Of a stretch of DNA of 64,000 bases, positions 38,884 through 50,820 are shown piece after piece; position 1 is the stretch's first letter, and the number at the start of each line of letters is the position of its first letter. The notes beneath the pieces were generated by a model. The model was not told where the DNA came from, did no database searches, and was given only the letters and a program-made list of their open reading frames with translations. This DNA comes from Malacoraja senta (Eukaryota). The DNA lies in the NCBI GenBank assembly GCA_038087875.1, contig CM075989.1:9426001-9490000 (forward strand), written 5' to 3'. Both the position numbers and the translations under genes were made by a program.

Positions 38884-39273
38884 CTGGTGCGGAAAGGCAA
38901 GGGATCGCAGGTTTCCACCAGCTCTGCCACTCCCTCGCCTCTCCCCCCGAGCCCCATGCGGCTTCCATTACAATTCCCCTTCTCCTCACCACTTGAACGT
39001 GCACACACATCCCCAGAGGGCGTGCGTTACTGTTGTGCAGTGGAATCCCAGCCGGTTGTTCACCTCCCTCCCGGGGATCAGAGGCAGCTGTACTCCACCA
39101 CTTTACTCACCACTAATCAGCAGTAGCACTTTAGCATCTGTTTTACAATCTCTCCATTCATAGTCATGGAGAGATACAGCACAGGAACAGGCCCTTCGGC
39201 CCACTGTGTCCATGCTGACCACCAACCACCCATTTGTTCCAATATTCCTATATAAACAGATTTTATTCACCCC

Positions 39274-39626
39274 ACGACAGATGGCGCAATGGGCTAAGTG
39301 TTCGGCTGGCAACCGGAAGGTAGCCGGTTCGAATCCCGCTTGGAGTGCATACTGTCGTTGTTGTCCTTGGGCAAGACACTTCACCCACCTTTGCCTGCGT
39401 GTGAATGTGTGTGTGAATGTGTGTGAGTGATTGGTGGTGGTCGGAGGGGCCGTAGGCGCAGATTAGCAGCCACGCTTCCGTCAGTCTGCCCCAGGGCAGC
39501 TGTGGCTACAGAAGTAGCTCACCACCACCGAGTGTGACTGAGGAGTGAATGAATAATGCGATGTAAAGCGCCTTGAGTATTAGAAAGGCGCTATATAAAT
39601 CCCATCCATTATTATTATTATTATTA
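39274..39626 (+). mobile_element. Young tRNA-derived CORE-SINE (AFC-like) with L2-type tail, nested in a minus-strand V-SINE (~39150-39835)
   Basis: A box TGGCGCAATGG 39282-39292, B box GGTTCGAATCC 39326-39336, CORE-like tgtccttgggcaagacacttcaccc, tail gtaaagcgccttgag...aaggcgctatataaat, (ATT)n. Confidence 0.85.
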
Positions 39627-40242
39627 ACTCCTCCCAGATTCTACCACTTGCCTACACACTAGGGGTAATTTACAGTGATTGATGAACTTACCAACTCGCA
39701 TGTCATTGGGATGTGGGAGGAAACCCATGTGGTCACGGGGAGAACATGGGAACTCCACACAGACAGCACCCGAGGTCGGGATTTAACCCTCGTTTCTGGC
39801 CCTGTGAGGCAGTGGCTCCACCAGCTGAGCCACTGTTCTATCCATATGCAAAGTCCTAAACTAATTCTCATTTGCCCATATCTCTCGCTCCTGGTTAAGC
39901 CAGACTTCTATTCTAATACTGTCTCCCTTCTTCCTTGCCCTTCCCTTTCTCTGTCATCTCTCAAGCTCCGTACCTTTGCACTTTCCTGCTCCTGATCATT
40001 CACTCTTCCCCGAGTTGTGTCACAGAAATGACCATTCCTCTCCCTTCAGCTGCCAGGAACTCAGGTCTGGGGTAACCTCCCCAAAACCTCTCGACGTGAC
40101 CAGAATCCTGGATCACATCTAGGTCACTAATCTATACAGAGATGCACAGGCCATTCGGAAAGTGCAAAATAAGGCATGAAAATCATGCAAAGATTAAACA
40201 GTTGGGCTGAGTGGCCACTTTCCACACTGTAACTTGTGAGAA

Positions 40243-40553
40243 GGGCTGCGCAGTGGTGCAGCGGTAGAGTTGCTGCCTTACAGCACCATAGACCCGGGGT
40301 TCGATCCCAACTACAGGTGCTGTCTGTACAGAGTTTGTATGTTCTCCCTATGACCTCGTGGGTTTTCTCCGAGATCTTTGGTTTCCTCCCACACTCCAAA
40401 GACGTACAGGTTTGTAGGTCAATTGGCTTGGTATAAATGTAAGTTGTCTGTAGTGTGTGTGGGATAGAGTTAATGTGCGGGGATCGCTGGTGGGTGCGGA
40501 CTCGGTGGACCAAAGGGCCTGTTTCCTCGCCGTATCTCTAAACTAAACTAAAC
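40243..40553 (+). mobile_element. V-SINE (HE1-like), full length
   Basis: Consensus match; ends 28 nt from the CALML4 exon 3 donor. Confidence 0.92.
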
Positions 40554-40580
40554 GTCCCCTTGTGAGGAAGTTGCTGATAC

Positions 40581-40720
40581 CTATTTTATGATGCAGCATG
40601 TGTCCTCCACCTCTCCAGGAGTGGGCTTGGTTCCCAAGCATCGCATCACTGTGATCAGGTCCCCAGTAGATATCTTGCCTTTCCGAGTCTTGTCATACAG
40701 GGAGAAGCACTCTCTGAATT
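40581..40720 (-). CDS. CALML4: CALML4 exon 3 (EF-hand 1); 140 nt, one base short, frameshifted near 40604
   Basis: ctcctcag|AA TTC AGA GAG TGC...; FRECFSLYDKTRKGKISTGDLITVMRCLGTKPTPGEVE, then HMLHHKI in a shifted frame, then ATAG|gtatc donor. Confidence 0.9.
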
Positions 40721-40930
40721 CTGAGGAGACAAGATGTGGTGAGTCACAACACAAACCATCACATCAGAGTGGGCTGCTTTGTACCACCTTCATCCCGTGA
40801 AGCTGTATGGGTGGAGCTCAGAAATAAAAAGAGGATGATTATCTTGCTGGGAGTGTACTATGAGCTCCCAAATAGTCAACGGGAATTAGCAGCTCAAATA
40901 TGCCAGGGATATAGAACATAGACCATAGTT

Positions 40931-41240
40931 GGGCGGCACAGTGGCACAGCGGTAGAGTTGCTGCCTCACAGCACAGCCGGAGATCCCGGGTACGATCACG
41001 ACCCCGGGGGCTGTCTGTACGAAGTTTGTACGTTCTCCCAGTGACAGCATGTTTTTTTTTTCCGAGATCTTCAGTTTCTTCCCACACTCCAAAGATGTAC
41101 ATGTATGTAGGTTAATTGGCTTGTTGTATGTGTAAATTGTCCCTAGTGTGTGTAGGATAGTGTTAATGTGTGCGAGGATCGCTGGTTGGGATGGACTCGG
41201 TGGGGCAAAGGGGTATTTCCGCCCTGTATCTCTAAATTAA
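40931..41240 (+). mobile_element. V-SINE (HE1-like), full length
   Basis: gggcggcacagtggcacagcggtagagttgctgcc head, V-domain, tail. Confidence 0.92.
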
Positions 41241-42190
41241 GCTGTACAGCACAAAAACAGGCCTTTCGGCCCACAATGTCTGTGCTGAACCTAATACCAG
41301 GACCATCTCTTATCTATCTGTGCATAATCCATATCCCTCCCATTCCCTACATATCCATATGCCTTTCCAAATGCCTCTTAAATGCTACTATCATATATGC
41401 CTCATCTACCAACCTCATACCAAATACTCACTGTTCTCCCTGTAAATTTATCCTGCAATCTTCTTTAAACTTTGCCCCTCTCACTTTAAAGCTATGCCCT
41501 TCCAATATTTGATTTTCCTATCCTGGGTAAAAGATTCTGAGTGCCTACGTTATCCATGTCTCTCAATTTTACCTCTCTCAAGTCTCCCTGCAACCTCTGG
41601 CATTCCCAGAGAAAACAATCTAAGTCCATCCATATAACCATATAACCATAACAGCACGGAAACAGACCATCTCGGCCCTTCAAGTCCGTGCCGAACATTT
41701 TTTTTCATTTTTTTTTCTCTTTTTTTTTCCCAACCTCGCCCTGTAGGTTGGACGACAAAAGCCACTAATCCAGGTATCATTCTGGTAATCTTCCTCTGCA
41801 CCCTTTCCAAAGCCTCCACATTCTCCCTGTAATGAGGTGACCAGAACTGCCCACAATGCTCCAAATGTGGCCTAACACAAAGTCCAATAAAGCTCTATCA
41901 TGATATCCGGACCCTCAATGCCCTGATCTACTTTACCACTATGCCTACTTGCATTAGCACTTCAGGGAGCCATGGACTTGGATCCCAAGATCCCTTTGTG
42001 CATCAATGCTGTTGAGGGTCATGCCATTTATTGCATATCTTCCCTCCCAAAGTGCAGCACCTCACACTTGCTTGAACTAAACTCCATCTGCCATTTCTCC
42101 ACCCATTTCTGTAGCTGATTTACATCCCGCTGTATACCTCGACAGCCTTCCTCCCAATCTTGGTGTCATTCGTAAATATACTAACCAATC
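41241..42190 (-). mobile_element. CR1 LINE RT and 3' end
   Basis: [32 protein letters not shown]. Confidence 0.88.
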
Positions 42191-44136
42191 TTCTTCACAC
42201 AGAGGGTGGTGTGTACATGGAACGAGCTGCCTGGGGAAGTGTAGGGATGGCTGCAATTATGACATTTAAAAGACACTTGGACAGGTAGGTGGGAGAGGAA
42301 AGGTTTAGAGGGATATGGGCCAGACGCGGATGTGGGATTAGCACAGACAACATGGTTGGCGTGGACGAGTTGGATTGAAGGGCCTGTTTATGTGCTGTGC
42401 AGCTTCATAAATGTATGGACCACCCCTGATGTTCACCAGTGTCGGGCTCTGTGCAATTGTTGCCAAGGACTAGGATTCTTCACATCTCATCCAGGCCCAA
42501 GGCGCCAGATAACTGTAGTCCCCGCTGCCCTGAGGCCCCCTTGTCCACTGACCCCAGGATCAAACGGAGACCCATTTTGAGGTGATGAAAGATTCATTTT
42601 TAAGATGAAAAAGTGAAAGATTTCAATCTTCAACCATGACCTCTGTTTCTGAGTTCAAAGCTGTGGTCGGCTGGTAGGATCAGGTGTCCTGAATTAAATA
42701 ATAAATCATCTCTGACAGTTACCAGAGAGTAGAACAAAGCCCAGCCTGAAGCAACCTGATAGGAACCAATCTACCAAACTGTATCTATTCACCTGATTAA
42801 ATGTCTCTATTAAATTGTTTATCGGTCTCTGGATGTGAATGAAAGGAATACCGTGCATTATGTTTAATTAATTTATGGCAGTTTTTCTCCCCTCCACCTT
42901 CTGCTCATTCTAGACCATCACAGAATAATTTTCCGAATAACCGATGGTTCAGAGGAGAGACACAAAATGCTGGAGTAACTCAGCGAGTCTGGCAGCATCT
43001 CTGGAGAAAAGGAATAGGTGACGCTATGGGTCAAGACCCTTCTTCAGACTGAGTCAGGGGAGAGGGAAACTAGAGCTTTAGAGTTTGGTACGGAGCAATC
43101 CTGGCTCCACAGGGTTTGAATCCCACTCCGGGCAACCTCAGCCCATGTAGATGGGAAACCAAGCTCTTATTTCCTGGTCTGCTTCCTGTGGGTTAATGTG
43201 TGGTGGATAGGGAAGCCCACCGAATAGGTATTGGGAGGACCATCAGTCAATGGCTGCAGCCTCAGAGGGCTGGATGGGGCAGCTGTTGCGTTTATAAGGC
43301 CATGAATCCTCCCTCACACCATGGGAAGAATGGAAGTGGGAGGAAGGTGGAGCACATTGTTCATTTGAAGCTGATGTTCCTTTGCGGGTCATATATTTAT
43401 GAAGCTGTACATATGGGGAGAGGAGCTATCTAGGTTGCTTTAAATAGAGCTGGCATGGACTCGATGGGCTGAATAATCTCCTTCGGTGCTGTAAACATTC
43501 TGGGACTCTCTGATTGGGTGTCTTGTCCATTTAAGAGCGAGGTGGAAAAATGTTGTTTTCTCTCAGTGCCGAACATCTTGGGGATTCTCTACCCCAGACC
43601 CCTGTAAAGGCCAAATCACTAAATATATTGGAAACACAATTGAACTGCAGATGCTGTTTTGTGCCAAAGATAGACACAAAGTGCTGGAGTAACTCAGCGT
43701 GTCAGACAGCATCTCTGGAGGACATTACTCTGGAGTGTTTTACTCAACAAATATATACCAGGCCAAGAGAAGAGGGATTTTTCAGCTAAAATGGAATCTA
43801 GGGTTATAGGGGTCGGGGCAGGAAATGGAGATGAGGCCAAGGAGAGATCAGCCCTGATCTTATTGCCCAGAGCAATTTGCAACAAGGAGGAATGAAGGGA
43901 TAAGAAGAGAGCCTGACAGCACAGTGAGAGGAGGTTTGTTCAGGTGGCAGTGAAGGGGAGTGCCCAGTGGCGGAGTTAGAGGAGTGTTCCAGAGAGTGGC
44001 GGCCTTGCAGACTGACACCTGACTACAGGTGAAGAGTGGAGAGTAAACGGCTGCCCTGGAATTGGAGCCAATCCCAATAAACTTCAACAAATTAGTCAAC
44101 AAAAATACTTAACATAATATTAATGGTTATACTCAC

Positions 44137-44167
44137 CTTGGATTTGATCTTGGGTAAGAAACTTAGC
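44137..44167 (-). CDS. CALML4: CALML4 exon 2
   Basis: ttttaacag|GCT AAG TTT CTT ACC CAA GAT CAA ATC CAA G|gtgagt = AKFLTQDQIQ(E); 31 nt. Confidence 0.92.
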
Positions 44168-44250
44168 CTGTTAAAAAGAAGATACAATTATTGCCAAGTG
44201 TGTCCACGCCAGCAACTATCTCCAAACCACAGAGGTTCTGGTTTTTTTAC

Positions 44251-44253
44251 CAT
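44251..44253 (-). CDS. CALML4: CALML4 exon 1 coding part (initiator ATG only)
   Basis: Minus strand aaaaaacATG|gtaaaa; an 83-nt intron to the next exon gives M-AKFL in phase 0. Confidence 0.75.
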
Positions 44254-44339
44254 GTTTTTTTTCACTTTCCTTCCTCCTTTCTTCTTTTACTTTTTCGCAG
44301 TATATTTGTTGCACTTGGTGTGATCCTGGACTGCTCGAC

Positions 44340-44390
44340 TTAAACTCTGTCTATCTGATTATAGTGTAAAGTCCACCAATCGCCAGTCAA
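44340..44390 (-). promoter_or_regulatory. Candidate CALML4 proximal promoter
   Basis: About 100-130 nt upstream of the ATG: TATAA on minus (44359-44363), HNF4-like TAAAGTCCA (44367-44375), CCAAT (44376-44380), AGATAG on minus (44351-44356). Motif-only evidence. Confidence 0.3.
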
Positions 44391-44491
44391 CAATGCTTAC
44401 TGGATGCAATAAATACTCTGGTCACTGTGGTTACAGGATCAGGCTTCCCACACGGTCAAATTCCAGCAACCATCTGTCAGTTCATCCGACA

Positions 44492-45126
44492 TGTACACTC
44501 ACGCTCACACACTCACACTCTCTCACACACTCGCACACTCTCTCACACACTCACTCACTCGCACACTCTCTCATACACTCACTCACTCGCTCACACACTC
44601 GCACACTCTCATACACTCACTCACTCGCACACTCATACACTCACTCGCTAGCTCACACACTCACACTCTCTCATACACTCACTCGCTCACTCACACTCGC
44701 ACACTCTCTCATACACTCACGCTCACACACTCACTCACTCGCTCACACACTCGCACACTCTCTCACACACTCACTCACTCGCTCACACACCCACTCTCTC
44801 TCATACACTCATGCTCACACTCACACTCTCATACACTCACGCACATCTCTCATATGCTCCCACACTAACACTCACGCTCTCCCACTCAGTCTCTCTCTCA
44901 CACTCACTCATGCTCTGTATCATACACTCATGCTCTCACACTCTCTCCTATACACTCACACACTCACGCTCTCTCGCATACACTCACTCATGCTCTCACT
45001 GTCTCTCATACACTCACTCACGCTCACTCTTTCATACACTCACGCACACACTCAGTCTCATACATTCACACTCATGCTCACACTCGCATTCTCATACACT
45101 CATACACGTTCACGCTCATGCTCACA

Positions 45127-45195
<69 letters not shown>

Positions 45196-45213
45196 ACTCA
45201 CACTCACTCACAC
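44492..45213. repeat. Compound (CA/CT/CACT) microsatellite upstream of CALML4
   Basis: Direct inspection; pure (CA)n near 45129-45189. Confidence 0.97.
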
Positions 45214-45319
45214 AAGAGTCTAGACATAAGCACAGACAGAAGGGGGGTCCCCAGTGGAATCCTCTCTACAAGGAAGCAGTGGCATGTAATAGATATTTAT
45301 TTACGTAGTTTCACAGACT

Positions 45320-45790
45320 TGCCACCTGTTCACTTCAGCGGCCTGGAAGAGCCTGTGTACCATGTGTACGTAGACTGCAAGGTGTTGCAGCCCCTGTTTG
45401 AGTATCTAACGGAGCTGCTCCTCAGGTTGTGGCTGCATTTCACCCGACGCTCCTGATCTTTGGTCACCGACCCTGTGGGGGGAATCTCCCTGTCAGTTGT
45501 TTCTGGGCCTGGCCAAGATGGCCATTCACGGGTCCAGGCAGCGAGGATTGTACCCGAGTCGACAGCCTGGCCTTCTTCGGGGCCTACGTCCATCCTCGTG
45601 TCCCTGGAGAGGGAGCATGCCTTGTTCACAGGGACTTTGGAGGCCTTCTGTGAATGCTGGTCGCCGCGGAGGGGTTAGGTACGTTGTGGAGACGGCTGAC
45701 AATGTTGTAATCTGATGGTCGATGTTTGCAAATTGCACAAATAACTGTTTGTTACTGCAGTATATTGTAAACTGTGAATTTGTGAGAAAA
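45320..45790 (+). mobile_element. Tx1/L1-clade LINE ORF2 C-terminal fragment
   Basis: EEPVYHVYVDC zinc-knuckle remnant, LIFGH, LGLAKMAIHGSR and SLEREHA motifs across shifted frames. Confidence 0.75.
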
Positions 45791-46326
45791 GGCTAGCTCT
45801 TTGTTAAGGGAAAAAATGTATGCCAATATATTAAAAAGATGTATGCCAATATATATGCACAAGAGCATCTGCTAACACACGCCTGCTGTGGCACAATGGT
45901 TGAATTCTGAGACCAGGGCTCACCAGGAGACTTCCATTTAAGGCAGAAATGGAGGGCTTTTATTTTCTCTCTGCATTTAATTTTTTTGGAGCTTGGTTCG
46001 GAATTAGGTAGGTTCTTGAGATGAAAGAGGATGAAGTGTTAGTTCAGTATAGTTTAGTTTAGTATAGAGATAAAGCACGGCCCACTGAGTCTTTGAAGTG
46101 TGGGATGAAACTGGAGCATCCGAGGAGAAAACACGGTCACAGGGGGAACGTTCAAACTCCATACAGCCAAAACCTGTAGTCTGGATCGATCCTGGGTCTC
46201 TGGTTCTGTAAGGCAGCAACTCTACTGCTGCGCCACCATGCCGCACATTACCGAGGATGGTGGGGAATGCATTTAACAAGGTCAACAGTTACCTTGTTAA
46301 ATGGCAGAAGTTACCTTGTTAAAACA

Positions 46327-46934
46327 GGGCGGCACGGTGACGCAGCGGTAGAGTTGCTGCCTCTGGAGACCCGGGTTCGATCCTGACTACGGGTGCTGTC
46401 TGTACGGAGTGTGTACGTTCTCCCTGTGACCACGTGGGTATTCTCCGAGATCTTCGGTTTCCTCCCACACTCCAAAGACGTACAGGTTTGGAGGTTAATT
46501 GGCTTGGTATAAGTGTAATTTGTCCCTAGTGTGTGTAGGGTAGCATTAATATAACCATATAATAATTACAGCACGGAAACAGGCCATCTCGGCCCTTCTA
46601 GTCCGTGCCGAACACTTACTCTCACCTAGTGCCATCTACCTGCACTCAGACCATAACCCTCCATTCCTTTCCCGTCCATATACCTATCCAATTTATTTTT
46701 AAATGATAAAATCGAACCTGCCTCCACCACTTCCACTGGAAGCTCATTCCACACAGCTACCACTCTGAGTAAAGAAGTTCCCCCTCATGTTACCCCTAAA
46801 CTTTTGTCCCTTAATTCTCAAATCATGTTTGTCCTTTAATTCTCAAATCAATTCTCATAATGTGCGGGGATCGCTGGTCGGCGTGGACTCGGTGGGCCGA
46901 AGGGCCTGTTTCGGTGCTGTATCTCTAAAACTAA
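46327..46934 (+). mobile_element. V-SINE with a nested minus-strand CR1 3' fragment (~46550-46856); another V-SINE fragment at ~46050-46245 (-)
   Basis: SINE body stops at ...gcattaat and resumes at taatgtgcggggatcgctgg. Confidence 0.88.
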
Positions 46935-49900
46935 GCAAGATTGGGGGATTTAGTCCTGCTGCTGATTTTCATGTCTCTTTGTCAGAACCAGCCCCCTCAG
47001 ACAGACCTTCCATCCTTTCCTCTCGGTTCTCTGCTACTATGTTATTCTGGTGCAATGCCACATACACCCATTCCCCACACGGCCAACTCTCCAGACACTG
47101 AAATCAGTGCTTGAGTTGAGCGGGCACTGGGTGCGTTATTGGGGGGAAAACATGGCACCAATTATTATTTACAATAATATAAAATGGCCGATGCACTCAG
47201 CAGGTCAGGCTGTAATAAAGAGCAGAAACAGTCAGTGTTTTGGGTTGAAGCACTTCTGTCAGAACCAGGAAAGAGGGCTGGGTAGACACAACGTGCTCTG
47301 CCTTCTACAACTGGCTGGTGGGTTTTGTAAATTTAAGAAAATACTTCACTCTCTGTAATGAAATACCGGAACTGTAGGAATGCATTTCTTTCTTTAATAA
47401 CATTCAGTTCATTACACAGGTCTCTTTGTCAGAACCACCCCCTTGTTGCTTGCCCAGAGTCTCCTCGATGATGACTGGGCCCATCTCGCTTCCTCACCCC
47501 TTCCACCACATGTGATGACTTCCAACCATCACCGAGGAGGAACTGGATAAAGTGCCCTGGAGATACTCCAGCTATTGTCGTTGTTGGAGCCCTTTGCCCC
47601 ATCACCATGCTGTGCCGTATTGCTGTTAAATCCTATTTAACACATGCAAACTTCAGTGGATTTTTGACCAAAATGCTTAAAACAGGAAACAATTTTAATG
47701 AAATGAATGGTAAAGGAACTGCTCAATCGTTAGCGTAAATCCAAGAGACTTGAATTAAATTTCAGCAGTGTGTCGTTCAACTGTATATGGAGATTTATAG
47801 CTGAGATTATGAAAGAGTATGAAGATTGCAGATGTGGTCTCAGCGTCCTGTAATATACTAGAGATTAGTGAAAATAGGTCATGTTTTGTTTTAATACATG
47901 AATGAGGCTGGATGCAAAGCAATATTTATTTGTATTTTCTGTAATCTATTTAAGAGTTTATTCCAAGCAAATAACAAAGTTAATCCACCAAATGGCTGAT
48001 TGTCGCAGTGAGTGCTGAGATGTGTTCGCAATGCTTTCTATGGATCAGGCCATAATGAAATAGTCTGCAGGTTGTGATTTTGTTTTAAATTAAATCCCCA
48101 TTTTAATCTAATGTACGTTCGAGGAACCGAGGTTCATGCTTCATCTGGGCACCTCGCAACCCTTGAGATTATGGAGTTCTGAGTTCAACCACTTCAGATA
48201 ACCAACCTCTTTGATTTGTGTCCGTACTGACCAGTTCCCATGTTGGGATTTCCACCTGCAACAATAACTCAATTTTATCCCCATCTCCATTGACGCTGTC
48301 CAGTCTGGTGGGTAGTTTCAGCATTCTCCTTTGTTTCAGATTTCCAACAATTGTTTTACTGTTCCTGTATGTTCTTTTGTTTTCTTCTCCTCCCTCTCCC
48401 TCTAACTGCCTGTTCATCTATAAACTAAATGGTACCAACAGCATTATGCCTCCTGGACAACCTTGATCTCCACCTTATTTCAGGTCAGGTCGGGGGGAGT
48501 TCCCCCCGCCACGGGTACCATGTAATCCCATGCTACCTGTTCCATAGTTGGATAGTCGGCAACTAAACCGTCTTCCCCCACCTGCTTTGCCAGGTGAGGA
48601 GGGGTCTGTGGACCCCCAGCAGTACCATAAACAAGACCTGTCAAAGAGAGGATGAGCTTCTAGTGAGCCAACGGCCATCCACACTTCAGTAGAAGTTGCG
48701 ATCACTGCCGCACATAGCATTGTAAGGAATGATGATAAAACGCACACACCAAAATCCGATACTTCCAGCGGCGGAAGTCCGCAGGAACTGGAGGACAGAG
48801 ATGTGTGGTGCGTCGGCCCACAGCCAACATTTACAGAACAAGTTATCTCATCGTTGTCTGCTTGCTGTTTGTGCAAGCTCGCAGTATACAAAATGCTGCA
48901 ATTATAACAGCAACATAGTTTTGTGGCTGTAAAGCATTCTGAGATGTAAATGGCGCTACAGAAATGTCTTCCATTCTTCACTAGAGACATCTGCTCCCAA
49001 CACATTCACCGTGTGTAACCCCCGTCATACATCCCACACGTCCCTCGACTCTCTCCACCTCTAGCCTATTCCTAGAGCATGGAACCAAGATGCCTCATCT
49101 ACACTAGTCCCACCTGCCAATGTTTGTACCTGCCCAAATGTCTTTTAAATATTGTTACAGTATTGTGATTTCCCAAACCCTCCAACCCAACATTGAGGCT
49201 TGGCACCTTTAACCGAACAGGCTGGTGTGGGTCCAGAGTACTGTCTTTTGCTTCAAGAGCTTCTTACAAAGGATAAGCTGAGAGGGGAAAGTGAAGGGAT
49301 GCTGAACTCAGGGAGCGTGGCCATGGTCAAGCCAATGGTGAGGGTCATCATCAAGTGCCATTCATGTGACATCATCACAAAGAGACAAGGTGCTTCGGCC
49401 ATCTTCCCCTGGTGATGGATGGCTTCCATCGCTAACAGAACCATCTTGGGATTTGCTCATCAGTGCAGGAGAATGACAAGGATGAATTGACGCCACGAAA
49501 CCGGATGCCTGAGGTTTGTTCTGGAGATTAATTGGAAACACTTGTGTCAAATCTCGTGGCAGCTCCTCTATCATCAGGGTCAAGCATGAATATTAACATG
49601 TAATCGTATCCCAAGTTTGTAATGAAGGCATAGCTGATTGAACTGAGGACAGCTGTATTTCACGTCGGGTGGAGGTATGGTCAGAGTTTGCAAAGGAACT
49701 CTGGGTTAGACATTAAACGAATGTTAGACATTGAAAAAAGTAGGGGGGATCAGGAAGACATTGCCAGGGGTGGTGGTGGAGGAAGGTAGAATAATGGTGT
49801 TTAAGAGGCATTCAGATAAGCTCATAGAAGTGCAGGTAATAGAGGGATATGTACATGCTCCATATCCTTCTTTCCTGCACTATCCACAAGCCTCTTAAAC

Positions 49901-50413
49901 ACCACTACCGTATCTTCTTCCACCACTGCCCCTGGCAATGTGTGCAGGCAGATGAGATCAGTTTAATGGTATCATTATTAGTACAAACATTGTGGGCTGC
50001 ACTGTTCTATGAATGTTACTCGAATCCAGAACTGTGAACAATGCAAAGAGACAACTAACAGTTATAGCATCCAGGGCAATCTCCAGATGTCACTGTAATG
50101 CTGAAAAGAGTTTGACAATGTAAAGCAGGAATCATAGCCACTGCAAAATCATAGCCGTCAGTTTTGAGCAGCCACCTCTCAAAGGTAGCAATTGTTCAAT
50201 AATAAGATAATCTGCGTTAGTTAATCTGCTTGGCCTGTATACCAGTGAATGGATGGGGTGGATCGGGGTTGGGGAGTTGGGGATGGGGCTGGCAGTGGGA
50301 AGGAATAATGGTGGTGGAGGCGTTAGAGGGATGTGGAATGGGATTGGGAGTGTTGGATGGAATCTGGATCAATTGTCTAGCACTTTTGTGGTCGAAATAT
50401 TATCATGTATGAA

Positions 50414-50536
50414 GAAGGGTCTCGACCCGAAACGTCACCCATTCCTTCTCCAGAGATGCTGCTTGTCCCGCTGAGTTCCTCCAACATTTTGTGTCTACCT
50501 TCGATTTAAACCAACATCTGTAGTTCTTTCCTACAC
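50414..50536 (+). mobile_element. Penelope-derived terminal insert with 12-bp TSD
   Basis: ATCATGTATGAA at 50402-50413 and 50537-50548. Confidence 0.85.
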
Positions 50537-50618
50537 ATCATGTATGAAACCATGACTAAGTATTGTCCAAGCTCCACCGCTATAGATATGGTCCCTTATT
50601 TGAGAGGTTGTGAAGGGA

Positions 50619-50820
50619 ATGGAAGGCCCCATAGCAGAAGTGTCCACGTCGCGGGGCTGGGAACTGGAAATATCCCGAGCTAATTCTGCTACAACCATCA
50701 TCTATTGCAACAAGTGATGGCTCCCACTGATTGTCGCCGGAAGCTTGTGTCCTTTTCAGGACGGACGATGACAGCGATGTCAACATTTGAAACATGGAAG
50801 ATGGGCAAGAAAGAGGAAGA
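50619..50820 (-). repeat. Unidentified ~200-bp structured element, copy 2 (downstream of CLN6 stop)
   Basis: Reverse complement of 20460-20662. Confidence 0.9.

Noticed and set aside
39274..39345. tRNA-like A/B boxes (also in V-SINE heads)
   Set aside because: Continue into SINE bodies and tails; not tRNA genes.
44393..45308. His/Thr/Leu-rich ORFs up to 276 aa
   Set aside because: Translations of the CA/CT microsatellite.
48475..49005. 176-aa minus-strand ORF between CALML4 and CLN6
   Set aside because: No recognisable domain, non-ATG start, overlaps an L2/SINE-type tail remnant near 48930-48970; the complementary plus frame has an internal stop.
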